Virus record (IMG/VR): IMGVR_UViG_3300006921_000010
Span: 7,768 to 71,767 of that record
Reading direction: 5' to 3' (one strand)
Origin: a virus
Length of the DNA: 64,000 bases
Part shown: positions 38,501 through 48,021 of the stretch, piece after piece
Layout of the letters: the number at the start of each line of letters is the position of its first letter
How positions within the stretch are numbered: position 1 is the first letter of the stretch
Notes under the pieces: generated by a model
What the model was told of the DNA's origin: nothing
Databases searched by the model: none
What the model saw: only the letters and a program-made list of their open reading frames with translations
Translations under genes and position numbers: made by a program

Positions 38501-39827
38501 TCATTATGGTAATGAATATAAGTTTAAACTAAAAATATTCGGTGCTAGTGATTCTGCTACAGATTTCCAAACTACTAATGTGTGTGTTTATTCTACATAT
38601 GAAATAGAGACTTTAATGTTAGAAGTAGCGAGAACATGGAATCCACATTTTGCTCAAGGTAGACGACACTCCGGCCACATGATTGAGCATTCATATGGAG
38701 GTGATTCAGTTGTTTCCGTATCTGTTCAAAATCAATCAGGCGGATATGCTAAAGGTGAACCTCTTATTCAAGAGATTCAGAAAACATTACAGTTTCTTTT
38801 CGGTTGGGGAAATAGAAGATACAGCAGGCGTTTTGGAACACCTGATGAGTTTAAGATTGCTATTGTTTTACCAGATGCAGGTAATATGGCTATAATGATA
38901 GAGAAGGGTAAAACCTACTATAAGTTAATGAATCAAAGGATTAAGAAGAAGAATCTAATGTTTGCTATGTCAAGATATTTGTATCGTTCTACATCAGACA
39001 ACGATGGAGTTAGCCTATTAACATACTTAATGAAGATGATGACATTGCCTGAAAATGTATCCTATGTTTTAGAAAATCGAATCCCATTTTGGTTCTTTGA
39101 TATGGAAACCAGACAGAAGGTTCATTGTAGACTTAATGCTGAATTAATAGGCACTTCAGAAGTAGCAATAGAAGTATCGGATGGTATTTGGGGTTCACTA
39201 TCAGTCGAAGATTTAGATACTATGGTAAATTATTTCTATCTAGGACATACTCGTTCTAAAACATGGAGGAATGCTTCACCTAAAAGATTGTGGACTATGA
39301 CTATGGGTGAAGAACCCACTAATTCACAGTTAGATTTGATGAAAGAGTTTCTTGTTCAGAATAGGACTAAGGATTTAATAGAGAATCGAGCAAAAGAATT
39401 GATGGCTAGTTTAGTTGTTAAGTATCCAGATAGAATTAATATCATAGAGGTAGAAAATAAAACCATTATGTTTGTTGCAGGTAAGTTAGGTGATTGGGCT
39501 ATAACAGCAACAGGATTAGGTAGAGGTAGTGCCACGCAGAAAGTATCAGTATACTTTTATGATACTATGTCCTCTGATGAAGGGGTTTTTAAAGGCCCAA
39601 TTTGCATTGATAACATACATTCTAATTCAAGTTTAGGAGACCAATTTGCTTCAAGAGCATTGGCTTTATTAAACGATAAATTAACTGTTAAATTAATACA
39701 TACTATTGATAGATATATACCAGATGGTTGCACTGAAGAAAATGATGAGTGTAGGATATATAAAACAACTAACATACCATTAGCAGAATTAGATGCAAAG
39801 ACATTGAATTGGAGTGAATTGCTATGA
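38484..39827 (+). CDS. Hypothetical protein with C-terminal GPICID...GDQ...ALAL.ND motif
   Basis: 447 aa ORF immediately upstream of TFB and E1. Confidence 0.55.
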   Translation: MKLMFSHYGNEYKFKLKIFGASDSATDFQTTNVCVYSTYEIETLMLEVARTWNPHFAQGRRHSGHMIEHSYGGDSVVSVSVQNQSGGYAKGEPLIQEIQKTLQFLFGWGNRRYSRRFGTPDEFKIAIVLPDAGNMAIMIEKGKTYYKLMNQRIKKKNLMFAMSRYLYRSTSDNDGVSLLTYLMKMMTLPENVSYVLENRIPFWFFDMETRQKVHCRLNAELIGTSEVAIEVSDGIWGSLSVEDLDTMVNYFYLGHTRSKTWRNASPKRLWTMTMGEEPTNSQLDLMKEFLVQNRTKDLIENRAKELMASLVVKYPDRINIIEVENKTIMFVAGKLGDWAITATGLGRGSATQKVSVYFYDTMSSDEGVFKGPICIDNIHSNSSLGDQFASRALALLNDKLTVKLIHTIDRYIPDGCTEENDECRIYKTTNIPLAELDAKTLNWSELL

Positions 39828-40756
39828 GTAGCATTTGTATAGAGTGTGAAGGTAATGAGTTTATGTTTGATGATAGGTTAGGTGAACGAATATGTGTATC
39901 ATGTGGCTTTGTTCAGGTTACTCATATCTTTGAGGACACTAATAGAACAATAGTATCAACAGACCATCACTATAATTTAGGTGCAGGTATTTTTATTAAA
40001 GGTGCAGATAGAGCATTGGGTTCATTCATTGGGGAAGAACGCACCAATAATACAGACTTAATTAGTTCTTTGAAAAGAACCCAAAGAAGGTTTAGGAACA
40101 AGAAAGATATTTCAATCAACCGAGGACTTATGGAATGTAATATGGTTTTATCCCCATATCTACCTAACATTAGATTGAAAGAGAATGTTCATTCTTATTA
40201 TCGAAGATTATACTTCGACCATAAGTTTACAGGTATTCCATTAACTCTAAGAGCATGTGCTGTAGTAGTTATATGTCTTAGAGAATATGGACTACCTATA
40301 AGCATTAATGAGTTAGCAACTGCAAATAATGAAAACCCACATAAGGTGTCTAAATATGCTAGACATCTTGCTAGGTTCTTAGGTAAATCTAGTGTATTAC
40401 AAAGTATGCCTATCTCTCCGTGGATTGATAGAGTATGTAATGACTTAAATGCAAGTAGAGAGTTTACAAGTGATTGTAGAATAGTAGTAGAGTATTTGCA
40501 TCAGTTAGTATTAGAACATGACATACACTTCTCAAGAAGTTATATGGCTACAGGAATATGGATAACATCTCTACTAAGAGCGCAGGGTAAACCAGAATAT
40601 ACCCAAGAAGTAATATGTAATGCTTGTAATTGTTCAGCAGTTGCACAGCGTTTAATTGCGAAGAAATTATTTCCCATGTTAAACTTACAGAAAGATAAAC
40701 TGAAAGTATTAACTGTGGAAGAGTTTGTATCTGGTATAAGAATAGGAGGACAATAA
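39824..40756 (+). CDS. tfb: Transcription initiation factor B (TFIIB/TFB) homologue
   Basis: N-terminal Zn ribbon CIECEG...DDRLGERICVSCG followed by two cyclin-like repeats (ACAVVVICLREYGLPISINEL; ATGIWITS...TQEVICNAC). Confidence 0.85.
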   Translation: MSSICIECEGNEFMFDDRLGERICVSCGFVQVTHIFEDTNRTIVSTDHHYNLGAGIFIKGADRALGSFIGEERTNNTDLISSLKRTQRRFRNKKDISINRGLMECNMVLSPYLPNIRLKENVHSYYRRLYFDHKFTGIPLTLRACAVVVICLREYGLPISINELATANNENPHKVSKYARHLARFLGKSSVLQSMPISPWIDRVCNDLNASREFTSDCRIVVEYLHQLVLEHDIHFSRSYMATGIWITSLLRAQGKPEYTQEVICNACNCSAVAQRLIAKKLFPMLNLQKDKLKVLTVEEFVSGIRIGGQ

Positions 40757-40758
40757 TA

Positions 40759-41379
40759 ATGAAAACAAAAACAAAAAGAAAGGTGCTAGTGATTGGAGTA
40801 GGCGGGATAGGTAGTTTCCTAACCCCTCTACTTCATAGGACAGGGTTGTATGATATTTACATGCATGACCCTGATACTGTTGATTTGAAAAACATCAGTT
40901 ATCAAAACTTTAATCATGGTGATATTGGATTGAATAAAGTAACTGCAATGCGTATCAATACTACTTGTATGAATCACTTGGCTGATGTTGGGTTGAGTCA
41001 AGGTAAAGCATATCCGATATTAACTAAGAAACAATTAGAAGGTTTTGATTTAATAATATGTTGTGCTGATAATCTAGCAGTAAGAAAACTCTTGTATGCT
41101 CAAGGGTTCAAAGATGATTGTAAAACACATTGGTTAGACCTTAGAGCGCAAGGTAGAAATGGTGCTTTGATTAGTTATCTTACAGAGGGCAATTTTAGTG
41201 AAACATTACTAAATGGGCCAGAAGGTTCTTTCTCTTGTCAAGGAGAGAACTTTAATGAATCCTTAAATACAGAGGATTTACACTTCACTCACGTAGCAAT
41301 TGCGGGTTATGGCGCACAATGGATGCAACGATGGTTCGCAGGTGATGAAGTAAAGGACAAATATATAATAAACGTATGA
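40759..41379 (+). CDS. ThiF/E1-like ubiquitin-activating enzyme
   Basis: VLVIGVGGIGS, DPDTVDLKNISYQNF, K, IICCADNLAVR; candidate catalytic Cys in FSCQ. Confidence 0.85.
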   Translation: MKTKTKRKVLVIGVGGIGSFLTPLLHRTGLYDIYMHDPDTVDLKNISYQNFNHGDIGLNKVTAMRINTTCMNHLADVGLSQGKAYPILTKKQLEGFDLIICCADNLAVRKLLYAQGFKDDCKTHWLDLRAQGRNGALISYLTEGNFSETLLNGPEGSFSCQGENFNESLNTEDLHFTHVAIAGYGAQWMQRWFAGDEVKDKYIINV

Positions 41380-41388
41380 GTTGATAAT

Positions 41389-41868
41389 ATGGTAAAATGG
41401 ACAAAAGATGAAGAAGAACAAATACTACAAGGTTGGCCTGTTAAAGAGCATAGAGATGCGATAGCAGAAGAATTAGGTAGAAGTAAAGCGGCTTGCGCTA
41501 CACGTTATCGTAAGTTGATTAAAGAAACACCTGCAAAAGATTTGACAGGGGATGCTTATGTTGAGAAGGTTCAACAAATGAAAGAAGAAGTAGTAGAAGA
41601 AATCAAAGAAACTATTACCCCAACAAAAGCGGCACAAGAAATTAGTGAAAAGATAACTGAAATCATAGAACAAAATGAAGCGGAGTTAGCGGCAACTAAT
41701 GGTAAACTAAAAGAAGTAAAAGAAGAATTGAAAGAAGAACAAGTGAATAATGTTGCAGAAACAGTAGAAATACTTTCTACAAAGAAAGACTACAAGTATA
41801 CAGTTAGGATTGTAGCACTATTAACAATACTTGGATGTTCATACTTAGGATGGTATTTGTATGCTTAA
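41389..41868 (+). CDS. Myb/SANT-like HTH, coiled coil and C-terminal transmembrane helix
   Basis: WTKDEEEQI...IAEELGRSKAACATRY; C-terminal IVALLTILGCSYLGWYLYA. Confidence 0.65.
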   Translation: MVKWTKDEEEQILQGWPVKEHRDAIAEELGRSKAACATRYRKLIKETPAKDLTGDAYVEKVQQMKEEVVEEIKETITPTKAAQEISEKITEIIEQNEAELAATNGKLKEVKEELKEEQVNNVAETVEILSTKKDYKYTVRIVALLTILGCSYLGWYLYA

Positions 41869-42409
41869 TGGTAAAGAAATAGATTACACAGGAAGAAGGA
41901 CTAATCTTGTAGATTATAGAGGAGATGACTTTCAGGAATTAATTCCCGATTGGAAAAGAATAATAGAATCAAAATACGAAGATGTATGCCTAATACACAG
42001 GTCTCAACTTAAGAAAACAATAGATGATTTCCATAAAGCAATTTGGGAAATGTCTACAAATGCTTTCGATAAACCTAGAGAGATTCAGATAGTAATTGAT
42101 GGTAACGATAAGTGCCATATTAGTGCTGGAAATCCAGGCTATGTTACATTTGGTGGACAAGAAGAAGGAATCGCAGGTATGAAGTTTCCATTAAAAGAAT
42201 GGATTCATACTCATCCTTTCGGACAAGCGTTTTGGAGTGGCACAGATATGAATACTATTAATATGTACCATAGATTTTTAAACTCCGCTACTGTTATAGG
42301 TAATGGTGAGAAGCAAACATCGTACTTCAGGTATGACGCTGATGGTAATGATTATCATGAATGGACACAGTTTGCATGGGGACAGATAGGTGGAGGTGAA
42401 GAAGAATGA
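41861..42409 (+). CDS. JAB/MPN (JAMM) metalloprotease
   Basis: E (PREIQ) plus WIHTHPFGQAFWSGTD, matching HxH-x7-S-x2-D. Confidence 0.85.
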   Translation: MLNGKEIDYTGRRTNLVDYRGDDFQELIPDWKRIIESKYEDVCLIHRSQLKKTIDDFHKAIWEMSTNAFDKPREIQIVIDGNDKCHISAGNPGYVTFGGQEEGIAGMKFPLKEWIHTHPFGQAFWSGTDMNTINMYHRFLNSATVIGNGEKQTSYFRYDADGNDYHEWTQFAWGQIGGGEEE

Positions 42410-42870
42410 AGGCTCAAATGATGATTTTGTTAATATTGTCTACATTATTAGCAGGGTGTGCAGATGCAATACCTGACCCTGATGATGTGTATAGTGAAGA
42501 TGATACTATCCAGAAGGATTGGGTTATACTATCAGGTAATTTTACTCTAGTGTTTGATAACACTACTGATAACCTAACCTTACTAGAAGCACCTACTATA
42601 TTGTTAGAAACTAACAGGACGTATGGTTTATTAGAAGTTAAAAGGTTTAACTATACAGCAGAACATCTTAGTTTTGAAGTAATTAATAATACCGTTAGGT
42701 TCTACAATTATTCATTTAACATGAATGGTTACTTAGAACAAGATGGCTTACACTTTAACGAAGGACTAGCACCTGATTGGGGTGATGCTACACTTAAGTT
42801 TGCCTCATTCCCTTTTGATATAACTGTTCACTATGAAGTAGAGTATCGAGTTTGGGATGGAAGAGAATGA
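42406..42870 (+). CDS. Putative lipoprotein
   Basis: Signal peptide with LLAGC lipobox; several NxT/S sequons. Confidence 0.65.
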   Translation: MKAQMMILLILSTLLAGCADAIPDPDDVYSEDDTIQKDWVILSGNFTLVFDNTTDNLTLLEAPTILLETNRTYGLLEVKRFNYTAEHLSFEVINNTVRFYNYSFNMNGYLEQDGLHFNEGLAPDWGDATLKFASFPFDITVHYEVEYRVWDGRE

Positions 42871-43286
42871 AGACTAATGCTGTAACTATACGTTTTCCCG
42901 CACCTTTACCTGCTGAAGTGCCATGTCCTATATGTTCCTTAGAAGAAGGAAAGAAAGGACTTGGTTGTAAAGTATGTGAGTTTGAAGGAAAACTGTTGAT
43001 AACAGTAGATGCTAAAATACCTATACAAAGGGGACATATCATAAAGTATGTTTCAGATAATCTAAGTGTTATAGCATCTGAATTAACAAGAGTTACAGGG
43101 TTAGTTCCAGAAGTTAATACTCTGGAAATAATAGATAAATCAGAAGATGGTGGCGTTGGACAATATGAGATTGTTCAGGTTAGTAGTCTAGGTGGGGCAG
43201 TTTGGATAGCCAATAGGTTAGATGAGTTTGCTTCACCTAGATACTTCTACACCAATAAAGAATTAAAAGATTTTAAAGGTAGTTAA
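42852..43286 (+). CDS. Zn-finger hypothetical protein
   Basis: CPIC...GCKVCEFEG. Confidence 0.55.
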   Translation: MGWKRMKTNAVTIRFPAPLPAEVPCPICSLEEGKKGLGCKVCEFEGKLLITVDAKIPIQRGHIIKYVSDNLSVIASELTRVTGLVPEVNTLEIIDKSEDGGVGQYEIVQVSSLGGAVWIANRLDEFASPRYFYTNKELKDFKGS

Positions 43287-43287
43287 T

Positions 43288-43524
43288 ATGAATAATGAAA
43301 AGATAATAGCAAGAATACCTAGAAGTGCTACACAAGAATTAGTAGTAAGGACAGGAGAGTATTGGAATATAGAAATCGTTGATATGCGTTGGTATAACAA
43401 CGGCTCAGTTACCCGTAAAGGGTTAAGAGTAAATATGGAAGAAGCCATAACATTAGTTAGGGCATTAGAAAAGATAGTTGGTAAAAATGATAATAAGTCA
43501 AAGGAAATTGAAAGAGAAAATTAA
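43288..43524 (+). CDS. PC4-like ssDNA-binding protein / transcriptional coactivator
   Basis: ELVV..GEY.....VDMRWY.....TRKGLRV...EA..L. Confidence 0.75.
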   Translation: MNNEKIIARIPRSATQELVVRTGEYWNIEIVDMRWYNNGSVTRKGLRVNMEEAITLVRALEKIVGKNDNKSKEIEREN

Positions 43525-43753
43525 AGAAAAACTACCACCAAAGACTCATGTTCGTGAAGGTGTTTACGAATTGATGAGTGAAATAATGGAAGTAGAATTA
43601 GATTCGCTGTTAGAAGCAATACTAATTGATTATAGTAATGGTGGCGATAAAGCCATAAGAAAGTCCCACGTTTATACAGCATGGGCGAAGCAAATAATAA
43701 AATTAAATAGAGGTAATAAAAATGACATTGAGCATATTTTCAAGAATGAATGA
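43478..43753 (+). CDS. Histone-fold protein
   Basis: LKEKIKEKLPPKTHVREGVYELMSEIME...DKAIRKSHVYTA fits the a1-L1-a2-L2-a3 histone pattern. Confidence 0.5.
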   Translation: MVKMIISQRKLKEKIKEKLPPKTHVREGVYELMSEIMEVELDSLLEAILIDYSNGGDKAIRKSHVYTAWAKQIIKLNRGNKNDIEHIFKNE

Positions 43754-45263
43754 GAGATTAGAAGGAATCACACCAAAGGAACAAGTAGAAGAGTTAAGTA
43801 ATTCTTTAAGTGCTTTTATTGGTGATGATAAGGCGTTAGTAATACAGATACTTGCACTAGAGTATGATGTGAATAACATAGGTGAAACTAGGGCAAAGGC
43901 ATGGGTTGCTAAAGCACTAGGTATATTTGATGAGGAATTAGATTCATACATCCATACATGGGGCGACATAGGAGAAGCAGTCTATGAATTAGATACAGGT
44001 AATGAGAACGATTCTAAACTATCAATTAAACAACTACATCGTTTGTTAAGTTTAGATTGTTCAAGAATCAATAGTCATTCATATGATTTATTTTCCGAAG
44101 CGTTGTCTTTTATGAGTGCTAGAGAGAAGAAGTGGTTTCTACGTTATTGGCTACACAAGCCAAGAAACGGAGTGCATACTACAATTCCAAAGAAGGCAAT
44201 GGCTAGGTATTATGGTAAAGGTGTAAGAGAGATTAATAAATACGCGCAATACAATTCATTATATGAGATATGTTTAGATTTAGAAGCAGGTAATGTTCCT
44301 GAATGTAAACTAAAACACGGGCAGTTTGTAACTCCTATGCTAGCAAAGGCTAGAAAAGGTGCTGAAAAACCAGATAAGTATATTATTGATATTAAGTATG
44401 ATGGTAATAGGTATATTATACATAAGAAGGATAAACACATAATTATCTTTAATCGTAAAGGCAATATAGCAACAGACCAATACCCAGATATTGTTGAGAT
44501 AGTCAAAGAGTTTAATGGAGATATGATATTAGATAGTGAAATATATCCTATCAATAGAGATGGTTCACCTGCTGAACACAAGATGTTAGGTAAGAGAGTC
44601 CACAAGAAAGACAAAGCGGAGGCAGTGCGAGAATGTCCTGTTAATCTTGCTGTGTTTGATGTATTATCTTTCAATGGAATCTCATTGTTGGTAGAAACAC
44701 AAGAAGTAAGAATGAAGAAACTATTAGAAGTAGTGCCTAAAGAATATCAAACACATATCTTTGAGGATGACACTATCAAATCAGCATATAACAAAGCAAT
44801 TGATTGGGGCTATGAAGGTATAATGATTAAAGATGCATCTATGATTTATGAGGCAGGTAAAAGAAGTAAAGGTTGGTTGAAATATAAACCACCACGCATT
44901 GAATTAGATGTAGTAATAACTTCTGGCACATATGGTAAAGGAACAAGAACAGGGTTGTTTGGTTCATTTGGTATATCAGTTAAAGAAGGTAGTAATTATG
45001 TCAATGTAGGTAAAGTAGGTACAGGGTTTTCTGATGAAGAATTAGTATGGCTAACTAATGAACTTAGAAAGAGCATTGATAGAATGGATAATGGTGTGTA
45101 TTATTTCCTACCTAGAATTGTATTACAAGTAACAAGTGATTTAGTTACGAATGATGCAGATGGTAATATAGGATTAAGATTTCCTAGAAGCATGAGAGTA
45201 AGACATGATAAGTTTGCTAGTGATGTGGACACCATACAAACAGTTAGGGAGATGATGTTATGA
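43722..45263 (+). CDS. lig: ATP-dependent DNA ligase
   Basis: PMLA, KYDGNR, LDSE, FDVL, EGIMIK, WLKYK, KVGTGFSDE, LRFPR. Confidence 0.95.
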   Translation: MTLSIFSRMNERLEGITPKEQVEELSNSLSAFIGDDKALVIQILALEYDVNNIGETRAKAWVAKALGIFDEELDSYIHTWGDIGEAVYELDTGNENDSKLSIKQLHRLLSLDCSRINSHSYDLFSEALSFMSAREKKWFLRYWLHKPRNGVHTTIPKKAMARYYGKGVREINKYAQYNSLYEICLDLEAGNVPECKLKHGQFVTPMLAKARKGAEKPDKYIIDIKYDGNRYIIHKKDKHIIIFNRKGNIATDQYPDIVEIVKEFNGDMILDSEIYPINRDGSPAEHKMLGKRVHKKDKAEAVRECPVNLAVFDVLSFNGISLLVETQEVRMKKLLEVVPKEYQTHIFEDDTIKSAYNKAIDWGYEGIMIKDASMIYEAGKRSKGWLKYKPPRIELDVVITSGTYGKGTRTGLFGSFGISVKEGSNYVNVGKVGTGFSDEELVWLTNELRKSIDRMDNGVYYFLPRIVLQVTSDLVTNDADGNIGLRFPRSMRVRHDKFASDVDTIQTVREMML

Positions 45264-45739
45264 TAGATATCGGGTCTATGACATTAATCGAAGCAATACC
45301 TTATACTTGTGTAAAAATCGAAGGTAGCGTGGCGTTTTTACAAAGAGTCGGTGAAGACAAGCGGGGTAGATTGAAAAAAATGGATGTTAAATTGGTTCCC
45401 TATGTTGATGAAAATAATCAACTAGTAATTCCAAAACCGCCACCTATGAACAGGAAGAAAATGACACGTTTTCATTATATGAAAGCAATTAAAGATGAGA
45501 TAGATTTACCCGTTTCACATGACTTGGCTTATTTTATTGCTGAACAATTAGACACTTTAATTAGAGACTTAGCCGTGAAAGCACAACAGAATGCACAGTA
45601 TAGAAATGATGATAGGATAACTCCCAATCATTGGTATAACCTACAATTGGGTATGCATCAAGGTGATGGTTATTGGCCTTCACATAAAGGAATAGCAAAA
45701 GAATATAAAGAATATTTGAGGGGAAATGATGTCATTTAA
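45260..45739 (+). CDS. Protein with C-terminal histone fold
   Basis: KAIKDEIDLPVSHDLAYFIAEQLDTLIRDLAVKAQQNAQYRNDDRITPNH. Confidence 0.55.
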   Translation: MIDIGSMTLIEAIPYTCVKIEGSVAFLQRVGEDKRGRLKKMDVKLVPYVDENNQLVIPKPPPMNRKKMTRFHYMKAIKDEIDLPVSHDLAYFIAEQLDTLIRDLAVKAQQNAQYRNDDRITPNHWYNLQLGMHQGDGYWPSHKGIAKEYKEYLRGNDVI

Positions 45740-46130
45740 TACTGATGAATTGCGAGGTATTTTAGTATCAATCGCTAAACCAGAAATACATATTGGTCGC
45801 TCAGATAGTATTCAAATAGGATATAGAGTTAGAGTTAGAGTAAACATAAGAGGCTCTGATAATTTTCTAATATGGATAGAGCGAGCATTATTAATGAAAG
45901 GTATTGAATCTAAATATAAAAAGATAGAACATAAAAGTAGACCTAGACCCATACTAACAATTAGCGGTTTAGTAAATCTTTGGAAACTATCGGAATTAAT
46001 TCCTAAAAATATGCCCGATGCTAAGAATGCGTGGGGTGATTTTAGAGAAGTAATTACTCTTATGGACGAAGGTAAACATCATACCTTAGAAGGTTTAGAA
46101 AGAATCTTACAAATAAAAGGAGAGTTATGA
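45726..46130 (+). CDS. Degenerate single LAGLIDADG-like domain protein
   Basis: IGYRVR and C-terminal F.EVI.LM..GKHHTLEGLERILQIK typical of LAGLIDADG; canonical motif degenerate (LRGILVSIA). Confidence 0.55.
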   Translation: MMSFNTDELRGILVSIAKPEIHIGRSDSIQIGYRVRVRVNIRGSDNFLIWIERALLMKGIESKYKKIEHKSRPRPILTISGLVNLWKLSELIPKNMPDAKNAWGDFREVITLMDEGKHHTLEGLERILQIKGEL

Positions 46131-46348
46131 TGAAGGACTTTACTTCTGATGACATTGTGCTTTTAGAAAAGTCTGTCAAGCAAACGCTTGAACATGGCTG
46201 TAAAGAATGTAATTTTAGATACATTGCATTCTCTACAAACGTATCACTAGAACCTAACGGAACCAAGTGTTTTTTTCTGGAAGTAGAATGTCCTAACTGT
46301 GGTGCTGAATATACAGACATTATGGCAATGAGGGATAAAAATGATTAA
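46127..46348 (+). CDS. Zn-ribbon protein
   Basis: CKEC...CPNCG. Confidence 0.6.
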   Translation: MMKDFTSDDIVLLEKSVKQTLEHGCKECNFRYIAFSTNVSLEPNGTKCFFLEVECPNCGAEYTDIMAMRDKND

Positions 46349-47183
46349 TATAAATACAAATAGAGCAATAATAATAGTAGGAAAAACAGGCACAGGTAAA
46401 ACAACTAAAGCATTAGAGATGTTGCCTGTTAATCCTATTATTAAATATGCAGATGAATATGACATAGATGATAATTTTAGTATACCTAGAGATAGAGGCA
46501 TACTAATCGAAGAGGTTCACTTTAAACCTAACATAGAGTTGATAACTAAAACTCTATTAGAATATAAAGGACAAATAGTTTTGACATCACTAAATCAAAA
46601 AGATGTCCCTAAATCTATATTTACAATGTGTAAATTAAAGAGAGCAGGTAGCACAAATCATGTGAATAAAGAATTACTAGAGAAGGGTTGTTTGCATAGA
46701 ACGATTGACACTTATCAATTGGATAAGAGCATATTTGATTTAACATATGACTTCGCTAAGAATAAAGATAGAGAGTTAGTGATAAAACATTTAAAGCACA
46801 ACAAGCCTTTTGATGAGCAGATATTATCTTGGTTACAAGATGTAGTAGGTATTTCTAAAATATCATATCTTGATGCTAAGGTCAAGCGCAAGTGGTCTTC
46901 AAATTACTTGTTTGAATTATTGGGCTATTCCCATGATGGGAAATATACGGGGAAAATTACATTCCCTTCAAGAAGGACTTATGATAAACGCCCCCTTCTT
47001 TGTAGAAAACTAGGTCTTAGAAAAATAGATTATGGCTTAATTGATTTATTAAAACAAGACCCTGAGTTTCAAAACTACATTTATTCTAAACTAACCAAAG
47101 TAGATAGAGTAAAGGTTGGCGTTACCAAGAAAGTAAAAGTAGAGAAGACAGATGCTTCACAATTAACATTAGGTGATTTTTAA
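46341..47183 (+). CDS. Divergent P-loop ATPase, probable RFC large-subunit-like
   Basis: GKTGTGKT and ILIEE; C-terminal QLTLGDF is a PIP-box-like motif. Confidence 0.55.
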   Translation: MININTNRAIIIVGKTGTGKTTKALEMLPVNPIIKYADEYDIDDNFSIPRDRGILIEEVHFKPNIELITKTLLEYKGQIVLTSLNQKDVPKSIFTMCKLKRAGSTNHVNKELLEKGCLHRTIDTYQLDKSIFDLTYDFAKNKDRELVIKHLKHNKPFDEQILSWLQDVVGISKISYLDAKVKRKWSSNYLFELLGYSHDGKYTGKITFPSRRTYDKRPLLCRKLGLRKIDYGLIDLLKQDPEFQNYIYSKLTKVDRVKVGVTKKVKVEKTDASQLTLGDF

Positions 47184-47452
47184 TGGCAGGACATAATAAG
47201 AATACATATCGCATGATAGCAATACATGAGTTTGCTGATACCTTGAAAGAACGTGAACAGTTTCACATTACTCAATGTGTAGAGTTTCTTAATACTAGAA
47301 AGGCAATAGGGACTAATAGACCACATAAGCAAACTCAAACTGATAGTAGACAACTACCAATGTTATTAAGAAATACAGGTATGTTTACAAGTCTTGGCTA
47401 CGGTAAATGGAGATTTATTGGTGTGCCAATTAGTAGGAGGAAAAAACAATGA
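47183..47452 (+). CDS. Hypothetical protein
   Basis: 89 aa in operon. Confidence 0.5.
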   Translation: MAGHNKNTYRMIAIHEFADTLKEREQFHITQCVEFLNTRKAIGTNRPHKQTQTDSRQLPMLLRNTGMFTSLGYGKWRFIGVPISRRKKQ

Positions 47453-48021
47453 ATATATTTATTTTAGACAATGACCCAACAGAATGTGCTAAACTTATGA
47501 TAAACAAGCACGTAGTAAAAATGCCAACTGAAAGTATGCAAATGCTTTCAACTAATGCAAACCATTTAGGTTTCAATAGTCCGTATAAACCTGTGATGTT
47601 AAACCATCCCTGCACTATATGGGCTAGAAAAAGTAAAGATAACTTTCAATTTTTGTTAGACCACACAGATGCATTATGTAAAGAATATACTATACGTTAT
47701 GGTAAGAAACATAAAGTAGAAACTACGTTATTAGAGTATCAAGATACATGGCAATCTGTATTAGATGTATTGCCCGATATTGGTTTAACTCCATTTGCTG
47801 TGGCTATAAGCCCAAATATGAATTGTAGAAAATTAGATGGGTTTGACGATATGTCAGTAGCAGATAAATATCGCAACTACTACATAGAAGATAAGTGGTG
47901 GTTTGCAGAATGGAAAACACAAGAGCCAGAATGGTGGCCTAAAAACCATTACAATATAAAAATGAATGAAATAGAAATGAGGAGGAATAAGAATGTTATG
48001 GACAGAAAAATACAGGCCTAA
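47449..48021 (+). CDS. Pyrimidine-dimer DNA glycosylase (DenV/Pyr_excise-like)
   Basis: MNIFILD...CA....KHVVKMP.ES.QML, NHPCTIWAR, EY..RYGK.H, YR.YY. Confidence 0.75.
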   Translation: MNIFILDNDPTECAKLMINKHVVKMPTESMQMLSTNANHLGFNSPYKPVMLNHPCTIWARKSKDNFQFLLDHTDALCKEYTIRYGKKHKVETTLLEYQDTWQSVLDVLPDIGLTPFAVAISPNMNCRKLDGFDDMSVADKYRNYYIEDKWWFAEWKTQEPEWWPKNHYNIKMNEIEMRRNKNVMDRKIQA

